Assembly: GCA_052426225.1 (NCBI GenBank)
Contig: JBNJNM010000021.1
Coordinates: forward strand, 1,674,001 to 1,738,000
DNA length: 64,000 bases
Reading direction: 5' to 3'
DNA from: Zancudomyces culisetae HAW-14-8
Lineage: Eukaryota; Fungi; Kickxellomycota
The notes under the pieces: generated by a model
What the model saw: only the letters and a program-made list of their open reading frames with translations
The model's database searches: none
Told to the model about the DNA's origin: nothing
Shown: positions 51,601-62,142 of the stretch, piece after piece
Layout: the number at the start of each line of letters is the position of its first letter
Numbering within the stretch: position 1 is the first letter of the stretch
Program-made: the position numbers and the translations under genes

Positions 51601-53690
51601 TGCACTACGAAGATCCAATTTTGTAAATATTCGTGCATCCTTTAATCTATCAAACACCTCATCAATTCTAGGCAACGGATAACTGTTTTTAATAGTATTT
51701 TCATTTAGTTTTCTGTAATCTACACACAGTCTTAGCTCACCAGATTTCTTTTTTACAAACATTATAGGCGCACCATAAGGTGATTTAGAATGCCTTATAA
51801 ACTTGTTTGCAAGATTCTTGTCGATGTACGACTTTAATTCAGTGCGTTCAGTTTGCGAAAGTGGGTATATTGGACCCCAAAACGGTTTAGAATCTTCTTT
51901 TAAATCGATTCTACAGTCATATTCGCGATGATTTGGCAATATTTCAGGCATTTTTTCATCAAAGACGTCAGTAAATTCAATATATTTTGATGGTATTTCA
52001 GTAGTAACAGTAGTAGTATCAGTATCAGTATGATTTTCAACATATTTGGAGATTAAATCATATTTAAAAATAATATTTTTGTCCATTTTTTCATCAATAT
52101 TTTCATTAATATTTTGTAAATTTTCAGTTGAAAAATCATCAATATCCATTGCATTTGTGTCAGTTTGTTGTTTAAAAGTATTATCCATGTTATCTAGAGT
52201 TGTTGCAGTAGTAATAGATGTAATTGGCGTAACTTGAGTAGCAGATGGAATAACTATAGGTGTTCTATTTTTGATATTTTTAACTTTTATAGGCTTAAAA
52301 GTAGGAGTTGAAATTGGGTATAACTCTGCATCAAGGTTCAAGTTTTTAGTAGTTGTGGTTTCAGTAGTTGGTGGAGAAGTAGTACTACCTTCATTGGTAG
52401 TTTCAGGTGCAATGGATGTTTCATTGTTATTTTTTAAATGAACTTTAGTTATTATTTTTTCACTATCTTCATAATATTTTAAATTTTTTCTTAAATTTTT
52501 TGTAATTATTCTATCGTAGGTATCAGTTGTGACACTTTCAGGTGTGCCACTAATAGTATTTGAGTTTATTTCTGATGTATTTTCAGCAACACATGCTGGT
52601 TTGGTAATGTTATCTTCAATATTTTCATTCATTTTTCCTTTTTTAAACTCATTATTATCACTTTTTTTATGAAAAATGATACTTTGATTCTTTTTTGTAA
52701 TGTTAATTATTTTTTGTTCTTCATCTTCACTATCTGATATATTATATTTTTCTTGTATATCTTTTATGTTTTGCACATACATTTGTTGTAAGAGCTTGTT
52801 CAACTCACTAGAAGTCATGTGTTCATCAAATTCAATGTCATATTTGTTAGAATTTTTAGCATTTTTAGTTGTATTTTCTTCAATGATTTCTTGTTTTTGT
52901 TCATTGATATCTGAATTATTAGTATGTGGTGAACTAAACATGTCATAATCTAGTAAGTATCCATAATTACTATAATCATCAGTTTGTACGGCTTCAGAGA
53001 CCTTGTTTTTCTCACGTGATACTTTTTTCTTTACTATATTTTTCATCTTATTTTTTGTTTTTGCACCCGTTTGTGCTACGTTTTTTCCTGATGTAAACAA
53101 GTATGATTTGATTTTAGACATAATAGTGTTAGAATGTTCAATATCAGATTCTGAAGTGTTGTTTTGTCCAAAATATCTGCTGTTATCATCACTTTTATCA
53201 CTATTTTCATCACTATTTGGTACATTTTGTTCACTTTTTGATCTTCGGATGATACCTCTGGTCGATATATAACATCTACTGGCATCTTGTCGTGTACACA
53301 ATTGTTCAAACAGTAATTTGAATTAAATAAGATGTCGAAAGTATCCCAATTGATACTTGGATTGTGCTTTTTTAACCATGGCATGCCTAAAATCACATGA
53401 CCATGAACAGATTGAATTGGATGTAGATTAATGGTTTCAGTGTGACCATTACCGATTGAAACTTTGATATCATTGTATACATGGTTAATACCAGTTGTAC
53501 TAAGCATGTTACCATCAATAGATTCAATTCTGAATGGTGTTTTTAGCATTTTTGGTGGAAGATTTAAATTTTTTGCAGTGGTTGAGTCAATAAAATTTTC
53601 AGAGGAGCCTGAATCAATAAGACATTTTAATGAGACAAATTCTTTATTTAAAGTTAACAGTTTAATATCGACAATTGGTCTATTAACTGT
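48686..53690 (-). pseudogene. Chromovirus pol (PR-RT-RH-IN-chromodomain), disrupted
   Basis: ORF pieces 53076..53549, 51052..53301, 49805..50563, 49190..49399, 48686..48922; TAA stops in RNase H (~50850, ~50875) and integrase tail, frameshifts, and a solo-LTR insertion. Confidence 0.9.
49404..49825. mobile_element. Solo LTR inserted in the chromovirus integrase (4-bp TSD)
   Basis: TGTCGTATAAT...ATTATACAACA; TSD GTAG (49400-03, 49826-29); removal restores LRCYSDY-MQDNW. Confidence 0.9.
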
Positions 53691-53776
53691 AATAAATTGT
53701 TGTCAGAGTCGCAAAAAATGTTATCCAAAACTAACTTCCGCACTAGCTTTGGATGTCCCCTTTTAAATCCGTAACT

Positions 53777-54532
53777 TTAGCATTGCACTGAGCAATATAG
53801 TGACCCTTTTTTCCACTTAAAACATGTTCTGCTGTTATTAATAGTTGTTTTGCCATGTTTTACTTCAATACTGTCTACTTCCATAGCTTCTGGTTCATTT
53901 TTAATTTGCCCAAAACGATTATGTCCATGTCTAAAATAGGTATTTCTGGGGGTGTTAGAGTTGCGAATATTATAATTAGAGTTGTTTGTATAGTTGTTAA
54001 ATGCAATAATCCTATTTTCGATGTCACTAGTAGTTTGTATAAGTTCATCCAAGTTATGTGGGATCGGTGCCATGATTAAATATTGATGTATTTGTCTATT
54101 TAATCCCCTTTGATATTGGTCCATTAATGAGATATCATCAAATCCTGCACCACGAACAAGCATTTTAAAATCAGTTGCGTATTCAATAATTGATCTGGTT
54201 CCTTGATAACACTTTCTGATTTTGTTTGCACATTTAATCTGGTAACTGAGGTCGGAAAAACTAGCACTGAAATATCCAAAAAATCTTGCAAAATTCTGCA
54301 AATATTCACTATTACCGCGAATTAAATCTTGAAACCACATAGCTGCTGGTCCTTCCAGATGTGCCCCAATGAAGACAATTTTTGATTTATCAGTTGTAAA
54401 TACATTTTCATTGGCCCAAAACTGTAATTCAAGTATTGCAACAAAATAATTGTATGACTCCGTATTACCATCAAATTTTTTGATGTCAGGTAACTTGATT
54501 TGATTAAAATTTTGAATATTCTCCACACTCAT
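53777..54532 (-). pseudogene. Chromovirus gag (zinc knuckle broken by a frameshift)
   Basis: FDG...LEGPAAMWF...QGTRSIIEYATDF...GL, PEAMEVD; CFK followed by a frameshift near 53815 removes the CCHC. Confidence 0.85.
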
Positions 54533-55530
54533 TTTAATTAATGTTTATAGCAATGTTTAGATTAATTATGAAATTTTATATTAATTTAAATATTCGTAAT
54601 AAATTTTAGAAGTTTTACAATATGTTAGATACCAATACTATACCCAATAATAATGGTATTAACAAACTATCACACAGTTAGTTTTTGAAAGCTATTAATT
54701 ATTTGTTTATGAAAACACACAGTAATAATAAAATATAACTAATATAACTTTATTTGTAATTAACGAGATTGTTAAACTTAGTTGTTAATCAAAGGAAAAT
54801 GTATACCCTTTTATACAACTAAGTTTATAATAAAACGTAATATAAAACTAAAACTAATATTATGATAAATATTTATAAATTATAAACTTATTTCATTAAT
54901 ATACATAATATTAATGATGACACATTTAATATTGATCATTGTATCAATATTAATGTTTTAAACTAATTATTAAATAATAATTAAATAATATAAACTAAAA
55001 ATTAATTAATATTAATGATACACATTTAATATCATTAATATTAGTTAATACCATATTGTATTAAATATGCAATATTGTTATGATACATGTGTATTCATAA
55101 CAGTGAGCTCCAACCATCTGCCTAGTCCCTTTATACAAACTCTAGTATCTTATTGTCCACTTCTGAACTACTCGAATCGCTCGAATTCCGCAATCTGAAT
55201 TTCGAGATTTCGAAATTTCGAATCTCATCTTGGCCAATCTCAATTCCAATTCGGCCCAATAAGACTCCTCTCAACAGAGTGGCGTCCTGGCTGGATCAAC
55301 ACTGTTGTATAATTACATGTTTAACGTTCTACTGAGTAATATAATTACCCAGTATTATACAGGACGGGACTTTTATTATTATATAATAGTACTATAATTA
55401 TTGTGGGAGAAAAAGACAATTTATTAATTAATTCAAAACTAGACTATTTAATGCATAAAATAATACTATATAAACTAACCAATATAATACAAGGAAATAC
55501 AGGTATGTAATTCCACTATATAACATGACG

Positions 55531-55764
55531 TGTCGTGTAGTGAAAATGCTTAAAGTCCTACTTGGTAACTTTCACTACCAAGTACTACACGGGACGGGTC
55601 AATTTCAATATTATATATATTTATTATACTATTATATATCTGTGGAAAAGGACAATTTATTAATTAATTCACAATAAACATATTTATACTATTACTATAA
55701 AATACATCTATTAAACTAACCAATAAATTTGGGACAACTCTTCAGTATAGATTACTATACGACA
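55531..55764. mobile_element. Solo LTR F (234 bp), distant relative of the E LTR, same orientation
   Basis: TGTCGTGTAGT...ACTATACGACA; shares GTCCTACT, GGACGGG, GACAATTTATTAATTAATTCA and AAACTAACCAAT with E. Flanks do not form a clean TSD. Confidence 0.75.
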
Positions 55765-55768
55765 TCGT

Positions 55769-57521
55769 TGTTGAATTCGTTTTCATTTTTTAGTACTAGT
55801 CCAATAGGATTTTCCCAAAAAACTTCCACTAATATCAATCACGGTTCCCTAGAAGGGTGGTTATTACTGACACAGGATTTACCATTTCTAGCCAGTTAAC
55901 CACTATCTATAAAACCCCCTCGGAAAGAACACAACTGGACAATTTCCACAATTTTTGGTAAATATAATTTTATTTAAAAGAATTCCTCCCAATACCTGAA
56001 AAATATAGCCAAAATGGCCCTTTCCTTACACTAAAAAATTAGTATTACGCCTATCTATATATGTATATTTTTACTTTTAGTGTGGTTTTGGTCGGATTTA
56101 CAAATTTTACAATTTATACTAATAATTAACTAATAAAATTGATTAAAAATATATCCACTAATAAAGTATAAAATCGATTCGATTAAAAAATAAATCGATT
56201 TGTACTATTAAATTGGCTGTAAAATTGACAAAAATTTATGACATGGTCATAATTTTTGTACTCTAAATTGAATTGCGCAGGAAACAATTTTTTCAAAATT
56301 GATTTCTCTGCTATTTTGCTGCAATGAAAGCGGTAAATTTAAGTTATTGCTTTTGCATACAACAAATTGTTGTATGCTTAGTTCCATCCAAGCTAAACTA
56401 TTGGATGAACAGCATACAGCTTCTCAAACACCGAATAACCACCGTTATCTCGGGTGTTCGAGCTAGTAATCTGGGATTACTAGGGTGAAATTATCACCCA
56501 AAATGTTGGTGAAATATTCAGTTTTCATTGTTTTATTTTAAGTTTCTATTATATAAAGTTCTAATAAAATAGCTATTCAGGTACTAGTATATTACTAGTA
56601 ACCCCACCACAAGTTTGGTGGTTACATCTATTCGTTTTTAAAAGTTATTCATTAAATAAAATATAAATTAGCTCTAAAATACCTGATTTTACTCTATAAA
56701 ATTGAAATTTGTGATTTGAGCAAAAACCTACCTAAAACCAAAAAAAAACATAGGTAGTGAAGCGTAACACAATTTTCAAAGGGTATCAGAAAGGTATCAG
56801 AGTCTAATTTTTGGACCAAAATTAATTGTTTTGCACACCAAATTTTAGGAGTTGGGCGTAATTTTACCCAGTTTTATCGCATTTATTGAAGTAATAAATA
56901 CATAAAACTAAAAATAATATAAGCTAAAAAGGTAGGGTTGACTAGTTAAATAAAGTAAAACTTATTCCAGTAACAATCCCCCCCTATTAGCAAAACTTTT
57001 TGTAGGTTTAGTTGCGGAAATTTCCCGAGAAATTTTATGTAATATAAAATTACAACACAAAATTGTTTTATAGTGGCTAGAGCTACCTCTAGACATTATA
57101 TAATAATCCTTACCAATTACGTATTTATTTCTATATATTAATATTTAGGTTTATCAATTAATACAAGTTAATATTTATTATAGGTTATTTAGTATATTAT
57201 GTGTTGCCTAGTTTTTTTTATCCTTCTGGATTTTTTCTACAGCAACATTCTAGATTATTATAAATAATTAGTATAGTTTTAAGTTTGAAATATATTTAGG
57301 TTTTAAGTTTAATAGTTGTTTTAAAAAAAAGTATAAATATGATAGTTATTCAGATAGTTTAAACATCATCAAATAAACACGTAAAATACAAGTTTGGTCT
57401 ATTTATTAAAGTTATAGTTACTATAGTGAAAACTTAACAACATTAGTACATAGTATAGTTTTTCTATCAAATAAATATATTTTTTACATTTTAGCCAAGT
57501 GGAACCTGGAATTCGCTAACA
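55769..57521. mobile_element. Composite degenerate LTR-element block G (internal boundaries unresolved)
   Basis: Starts TGTTGAATTC, ends GCTAACA; an LTR-end-like GTAACA (56975) is followed by ATCCCCCCC (minus-strand PPT); 55843-55909 is homologous in reverse to LTR H. Confidence 0.55.
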
Positions 57522-57525
57522 ATAC

Positions 57526-57747
57526 TGTTATATAGTGGAATTATATACCTGTATTTTCTTGTATTTTATTGGTTAATTTAATTAGTATTATTTTATGCAT
57601 TAAATAGTCTAGTTTTGAATTTATTAATAAATTGTCTTTTTCTCCCAAAATAAATATAGTCCTATATATATTAATAAAAGTCCCGTCCTGTATAATACTT
57701 GGTAATTATATTACTCAATAGGACGTTAAACATGTAATTATACAACA
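57526..57747 (+). mobile_element. Solo LTR of family E in inverted orientation
   Basis: Reverse complement of 47118..47339 with about 5 differences. Confidence 0.92.
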
Positions 57748-57748
57748 T

Positions 57749-58011
57749 TGTTGTATGCAAAATAGAATGTTTGCATACTATTGGTTAATTTTTAGTTGTA
57801 ATTTTATTAGTTCTACTAGTAAAATTTAGTATATAAGAAATTATTATTTTGATTCTTAAATAAATTGTCAAATTTTGACCCATATAAATGTTCCGGTTCC
57901 ATTTATATGTATGACTAGAAAGTGGTAACTAGTTAAAAGTATTAAACCCAGTCTAGTGATACCACCCCTCTAGTAGAACCAGTTAGAATATATAATAAAT
58001 TGAATCTAACA
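57749..58011. mobile_element. Solo LTR H (263 bp)
   Basis: TGTTGTATGC...TCTAACA; 57916-57980 resembles the reverse complement of 55843-55909. Confidence 0.6.
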
Positions 58012-58016
58012 AAAAC

Positions 58017-60044
58017 TGTCATATAGTGACATGAACCCTTGGTGATAAACTAATATTATATGTTTATCATCAAGTGAAATAATTAAATTAATAATATACT
58101 TTTAGTTTTAGTTTTTTTAGTATTCAATGAAACTGATTCATTGATGTTTTTTCTAAGAGTATTAGTTTATTACTCATTTAAATTGTTTCAGTAATAGTTT
58201 ATTTAGTTAGTATTAGTTCAATAGTTAGTTATTGGTATGTTTATAATACTAGAAAAGTATTTATAGGGTTAGTTATTGCATAAGGAAATAAATATCATTC
58301 TATCATACAAGCTTTATAGTAGTAAATCAATAATTATGATCAACTCCAGATGTTTATATTAAGTTTATAATAGTTTCTACTAAGTTTATAATTTATAACA
58401 ATAATATACGATACATATTATACATACAGTGAGTTTCAAAAATGTCTCAAAATATTGAAAATAATTTTCAAAGTGTAATATCTCGCTCAATAATATCCAG
58501 AAATTATATGTTTTTTATATTATAAAATGCACAAAAGTTATATGTTAATTTTATATAAACTGTAAATTAATTGGATAAAAATTCATTATGAAATTTTAAA
58601 TTACAAAAATTTTAAAAATGAGACAATTTTGGGAATTTTTCAAAAAAAAAATTTAAACTATCATAACTTTATGAATTCAAACTTATAAATTTGTAAACTT
58701 TTACATATAATAATATATATAATTGTTATACTAATCAAAATAATAATTTTTTAAAAAATAATATCTGAACAACGTAAACTGGATATTAAAAACGCGTTAC
58801 TTGAAGGCAATAGCATTGACCAAATCATTATAGATAATGGAGTTAGTAAAGCAACAATATACAGAATAAAAGCTTCAATGAATATCTTTTACCGGCTAAT
58901 AAACGCGGTCGTCTAGCGAAGCTTTCACCCCAAAGCAAGCGAATATGTACTAGGATGATATTATCTGGAGATTATCGATCTGTTACTTCGGTACAAAAGT
59001 AGTTAGAAATCGATAATATTGTTAGTGCTAGTAAGTCTACAATATATAGGGCTTTTAATGATCTAAAAGCCGTTGCAAAAAAGAAGGCATCCAAACCGAA
59101 ACTGAGCCTTAAAAATATTGCAAAAAGGTTGAGATTCGCAAAATTTCATCGCCACTGGACTACTGATGATTGGAGACGAGTAATTTGGTCCGACGAAACT
59201 AAAATCAACCGATTTGGATCTGATGGAAATGAATGGACTTGGGTTCGTGATGGTGTGAGTCTACAGCCGCACAATATTAACCAGACCGTAAAACACGGTG
59301 GAGGATCATTAATGATTTGGGGATGCATCACAGCATTTGGAACTGGCTATATGTGCCGAATAGAAGGATTGTTAAACAAGGAAGGTTATTTAAACATTTT
59401 AAAAGACGAGCTTAGCAATACAATAATATACTACAAGTTGGATCCCAAGTCAATAATATTTCAACATGACAATGATCCTAAACATACCTCAAAGTTAGTT
59501 ACATGCTGGCTTCAAAACCAGGAATATAATACATTGGACTGGCCGCCACAATCTCCAGACTTAAACCCAATCAAAACTATATGGGTAATCATCAAAAGCC
59601 GCCTAAATAGATACAGTAAACCTCTGTCCGGAATGATCGAATTATGGGAGCGAATAGAATCGGAATGGAATTTAATTTCAGTGGAAACAATACTTGGTCT
59701 TATAGATAGTATGCCCAAAAAAGTTGAGGCAGTTATCAAGTCTAAAGGAAGGTGGACAGAATTTTAAAGTTTTTTTTTGAAAAATTCCCAAAATTGTCTC
59801 ATTTTTAAAATTTTTTCAGTTTATAATTTTTTAATGAATTTTTAATCAATAATAATACTAATTATATAAAATTAAATTATACCAATTGTGCATTAATTAT
59901 ATAAAATTATCTATATTCTGGATTTTATTGAGCGAGATATTACAATTTGAAAATTATTATCATTATTTTGAGAAATTTTTGAATCTCAAAGTATATAAAT
60001 AAGAAAAATATAAAAAATTATGAGAAAAATTTAATTATACAACT
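58017..60044. mobile_element. Solo LTR I, split by a Tc1 element and by LTR J at its extreme end
   Basis: Starts TGTCATATAG after AAAC (58013-16); removing Tc1 and J gives the end ...TATACAACT followed by AAAC (60893-96). Confidence 0.6.
58427..59991 (+). mobile_element. Tc1/mariner DNA transposon, inactive, long (~225 bp) terminal inverted repeats
   Basis: TA-CAGTGAGTTTCAAAAATGTCTCAAAAT left end, degenerate mirror plus TA at right; inner IR blocks ~58610-58650 / 59770-59810. Transposase WSDETK, KHGGGSLMIWG, FQHDNDPKH, WPPQSPDLNPIK (catalytic E to K); N-terminus from ~58755 has a frameshift and stop. Confidence 0.93.
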
Positions 60045-60888
60045 TGTCGCATGAGTGAGCAATTGTACACTTAAGTACAATTGTAGTACAAATTGAAGTA
60101 CACTCATCGCAGAATGAAAATTAAATTTTTGTATCTGCATGAAATTCAATTTGGACTATGAGCGACACAGTATGAAATTAATTCTACATGCTGAGTCGAC
60201 TCAATAATGATAGAATTTAGTATGAAAAATGTCTTCATACTAAATCCCAAATTAAATAATAATTATTAGGTGTTCCCAACACCTAATATAACATTCACTA
60301 CAAAAGTAAAATATGTAGAGGAAGTTAGTATCAAGTCATAATAGTTCTTTAGTACATAAGTAATATTAATTTAAACGTTTTGTAGATAGTAGCAGTTTAA
60401 TAGAAATTTATATTTAAGGAACAAGAAGAGGGAAATAGAAAAACCTCATCCATGTTCTACTCTACGGATTAAATAGTATATTTATTTAAACACAATAAAA
60501 CAAACTTCAGAATATTATTTATATTAACCAATAACCAAAAATAAACTATTTCTTTTATAGTAAAAGCGAATCCAAGAGGGATTCAGAAACTAGCTCCAGT
60601 CTGAGTACGGCTGGTAGCATGGACCAAGAGACCGGGGTTCTAAGCCCTCGGACTCTTGGGGAGTTGACAGAAAGTGTCCGTCAACTCCAAATCCGTAGGA
60701 GCCCAGAACCAATGTCCGTGAGCAGCATCTCACCGACATTGTACAGGGGAAATAGCTCACCCGAGCACCCCTATATGCAATCACACTACGGGGTAGTGGT
60801 GCATCCTCATCAAGTGGTCATACCCGAACTGGTATGACACGTGATGAACATAATAATCATGATTTCCCGAATTATGATTATTACGACA
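60045..60888. mobile_element. Solo LTR-like insertion J (844 bp)
   Basis: TGTCGCA...TTACGACA; TSD AACT (60041-44, 60889-92). Confidence 0.7.
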
Positions 60889-60896
60889 AACTAAAC

Positions 60897-61611
60897 TGTT
60901 GTATAAATATAGTATAAGTAAAACTGTATTTGAGAACTGATGATGTTTTATTTTAGAAATACTAAACCTATATATAAATTCTGTAAAAATTATAATCCTA
61001 TTAAAATACTTTAATCATATAAATTTTATGATAACATGTGAAATAATAATAATCTGAAACAAGTAAATGAAACATAAGATAAAATTGTAAATCCAGTCAT
61101 TAAAATTTATAAACGTGTTGGGGATGATTTTCTCAACTGTCGATCCATCTGAAATGCTATGTCATGCGGATTTACGGGAATGTAACGTGAATTTAATCTA
61201 ACCATCTTAGCAATTTATTAAAAACCCAGTGGGAAAAAATTATAAATTGCGGTGATTAAAATTCACGACAACGATGTGGTGGAATTTACTTCTACCAACG
61301 TTTACTAAATTTGTTATGATAATTATTTAATATATTTGTTTTAAAACTAACTATACTGGTACGCTGCAAAAATTTGTTTATTAGCGTATCTTTATTTACT
61401 ATTTTTGAGGACGCAGATTCAAATATTACTACTTAAACGTATTTAAATAAAAACTATTTTGATGAATTGCCAAGAAATCTTGACTAAAAATAATTATAGA
61501 TAAGAAATAAAATTGATAACTATTGAAAACTATTCCTTATCATATTCCCAAAAACCACAAGGGGAAAAAAATGGAATACGAATCTCGTAATTTCCAATAA
61601 TTCATACGACA
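60897..61611. mobile_element. Solo LTR K (715 bp)
   Basis: TGTTGTATAA...TTCATACGACA; left flank AAAC, right flank AC; contains the reverse complement of a 19-bp motif of LTR A. Confidence 0.7.
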
Positions 61612-61679
61612 ACTGTCATATAGAAATGGGTGGATTACCCCTTGTCAGAAATTGGTTAGGTAATTTATTAATGAGTCAT

Positions 61680-61681
<2 letters not shown>

Positions 61682-61723
<42 letters not shown>
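61682..61723. repeat. (TAT)14 microsatellite inside the 5' LTR of element L
   Basis: Seen directly. Confidence 0.9.
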
Positions 61724-62142
61724 CATTTTATTGGGAAGATTGGACTTTTCTCCCTAGGAGGGTTTTTTCCTACTTCCTTGATAACAAGTTCGTGTTATCA
61801 TTACTTTTATATAGGAGTTTGGATTTCTAGTTTTAAGAAAGAGATTATTATCAATTTTTATTAAGTATATCATAAAAAATAAACTACAATAGAAAAATAT
61901 AACAAGTGTCTACACAAAACTCAGTTATTAACATAAACGGTGAGCTTAAACACTATCCGTGAAGGAAGTAACTAGTGTATTGACACTGTGCACCCATAAC
62001 GGGTAATATAATATAAATTTTAAATATTACAATTGGCGCTCCCAGCTAGGCGCAACGCCAGTGGGCTACAGATAACAGTTATAGAAAATACTAATAGTTG
62101 AGGTCAAATTTAGTTAAAAGATAAGCCGGAAAAAGATAAGAA

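Larger units (their letters stand above)
48173..55102 (-). mobile_element. Full-length but defective Ty3/gypsy chromovirus
   Basis: LTRs 48173..48651 and 54623..55102 (about 4 differences); TSD GTGAG (48168-72, 55103-07); PPT next to 48652; gag, PR (LIDSGS), RT (YLDDILI), RNase H (ETDASDYA), integrase (HHCC, SDRGSQF, GPY) and chromodomain. Confidence 0.95.
47118..55525 (-). mobile_element. Non-autonomous miniature LTR element (TRIM-like) E, interrupted by nested insertions
   Basis: LTRs 47118..47339 and 55303..55525 (~94% identical by eye); TGAC on both sides (47114-17, 55526-29); PPT AAAGGGGGATAC abutting the left LTR on minus; degenerate PBS TGTTGATCCAGCCAGGA after the right LTR; ~560 bp non-coding interior once nested elements are removed. 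Confidence 0.82.

Noticed and set aside
55280-55297. Apparent PBS TGGCGTCCTGGCTGG on the wrong strand of element E
   Set aside because: Read on minus it aligns with the PBS-plus-ACGCCA region of element L, so it is a degenerate normal PBS with a local hairpin.
48173-59991. RIP-type hypermutation of the transposons
   Set aside because: Visible LTR differences and stops include many transversions and indels rather than a uniform C-to-T pattern; not supportable by eye.
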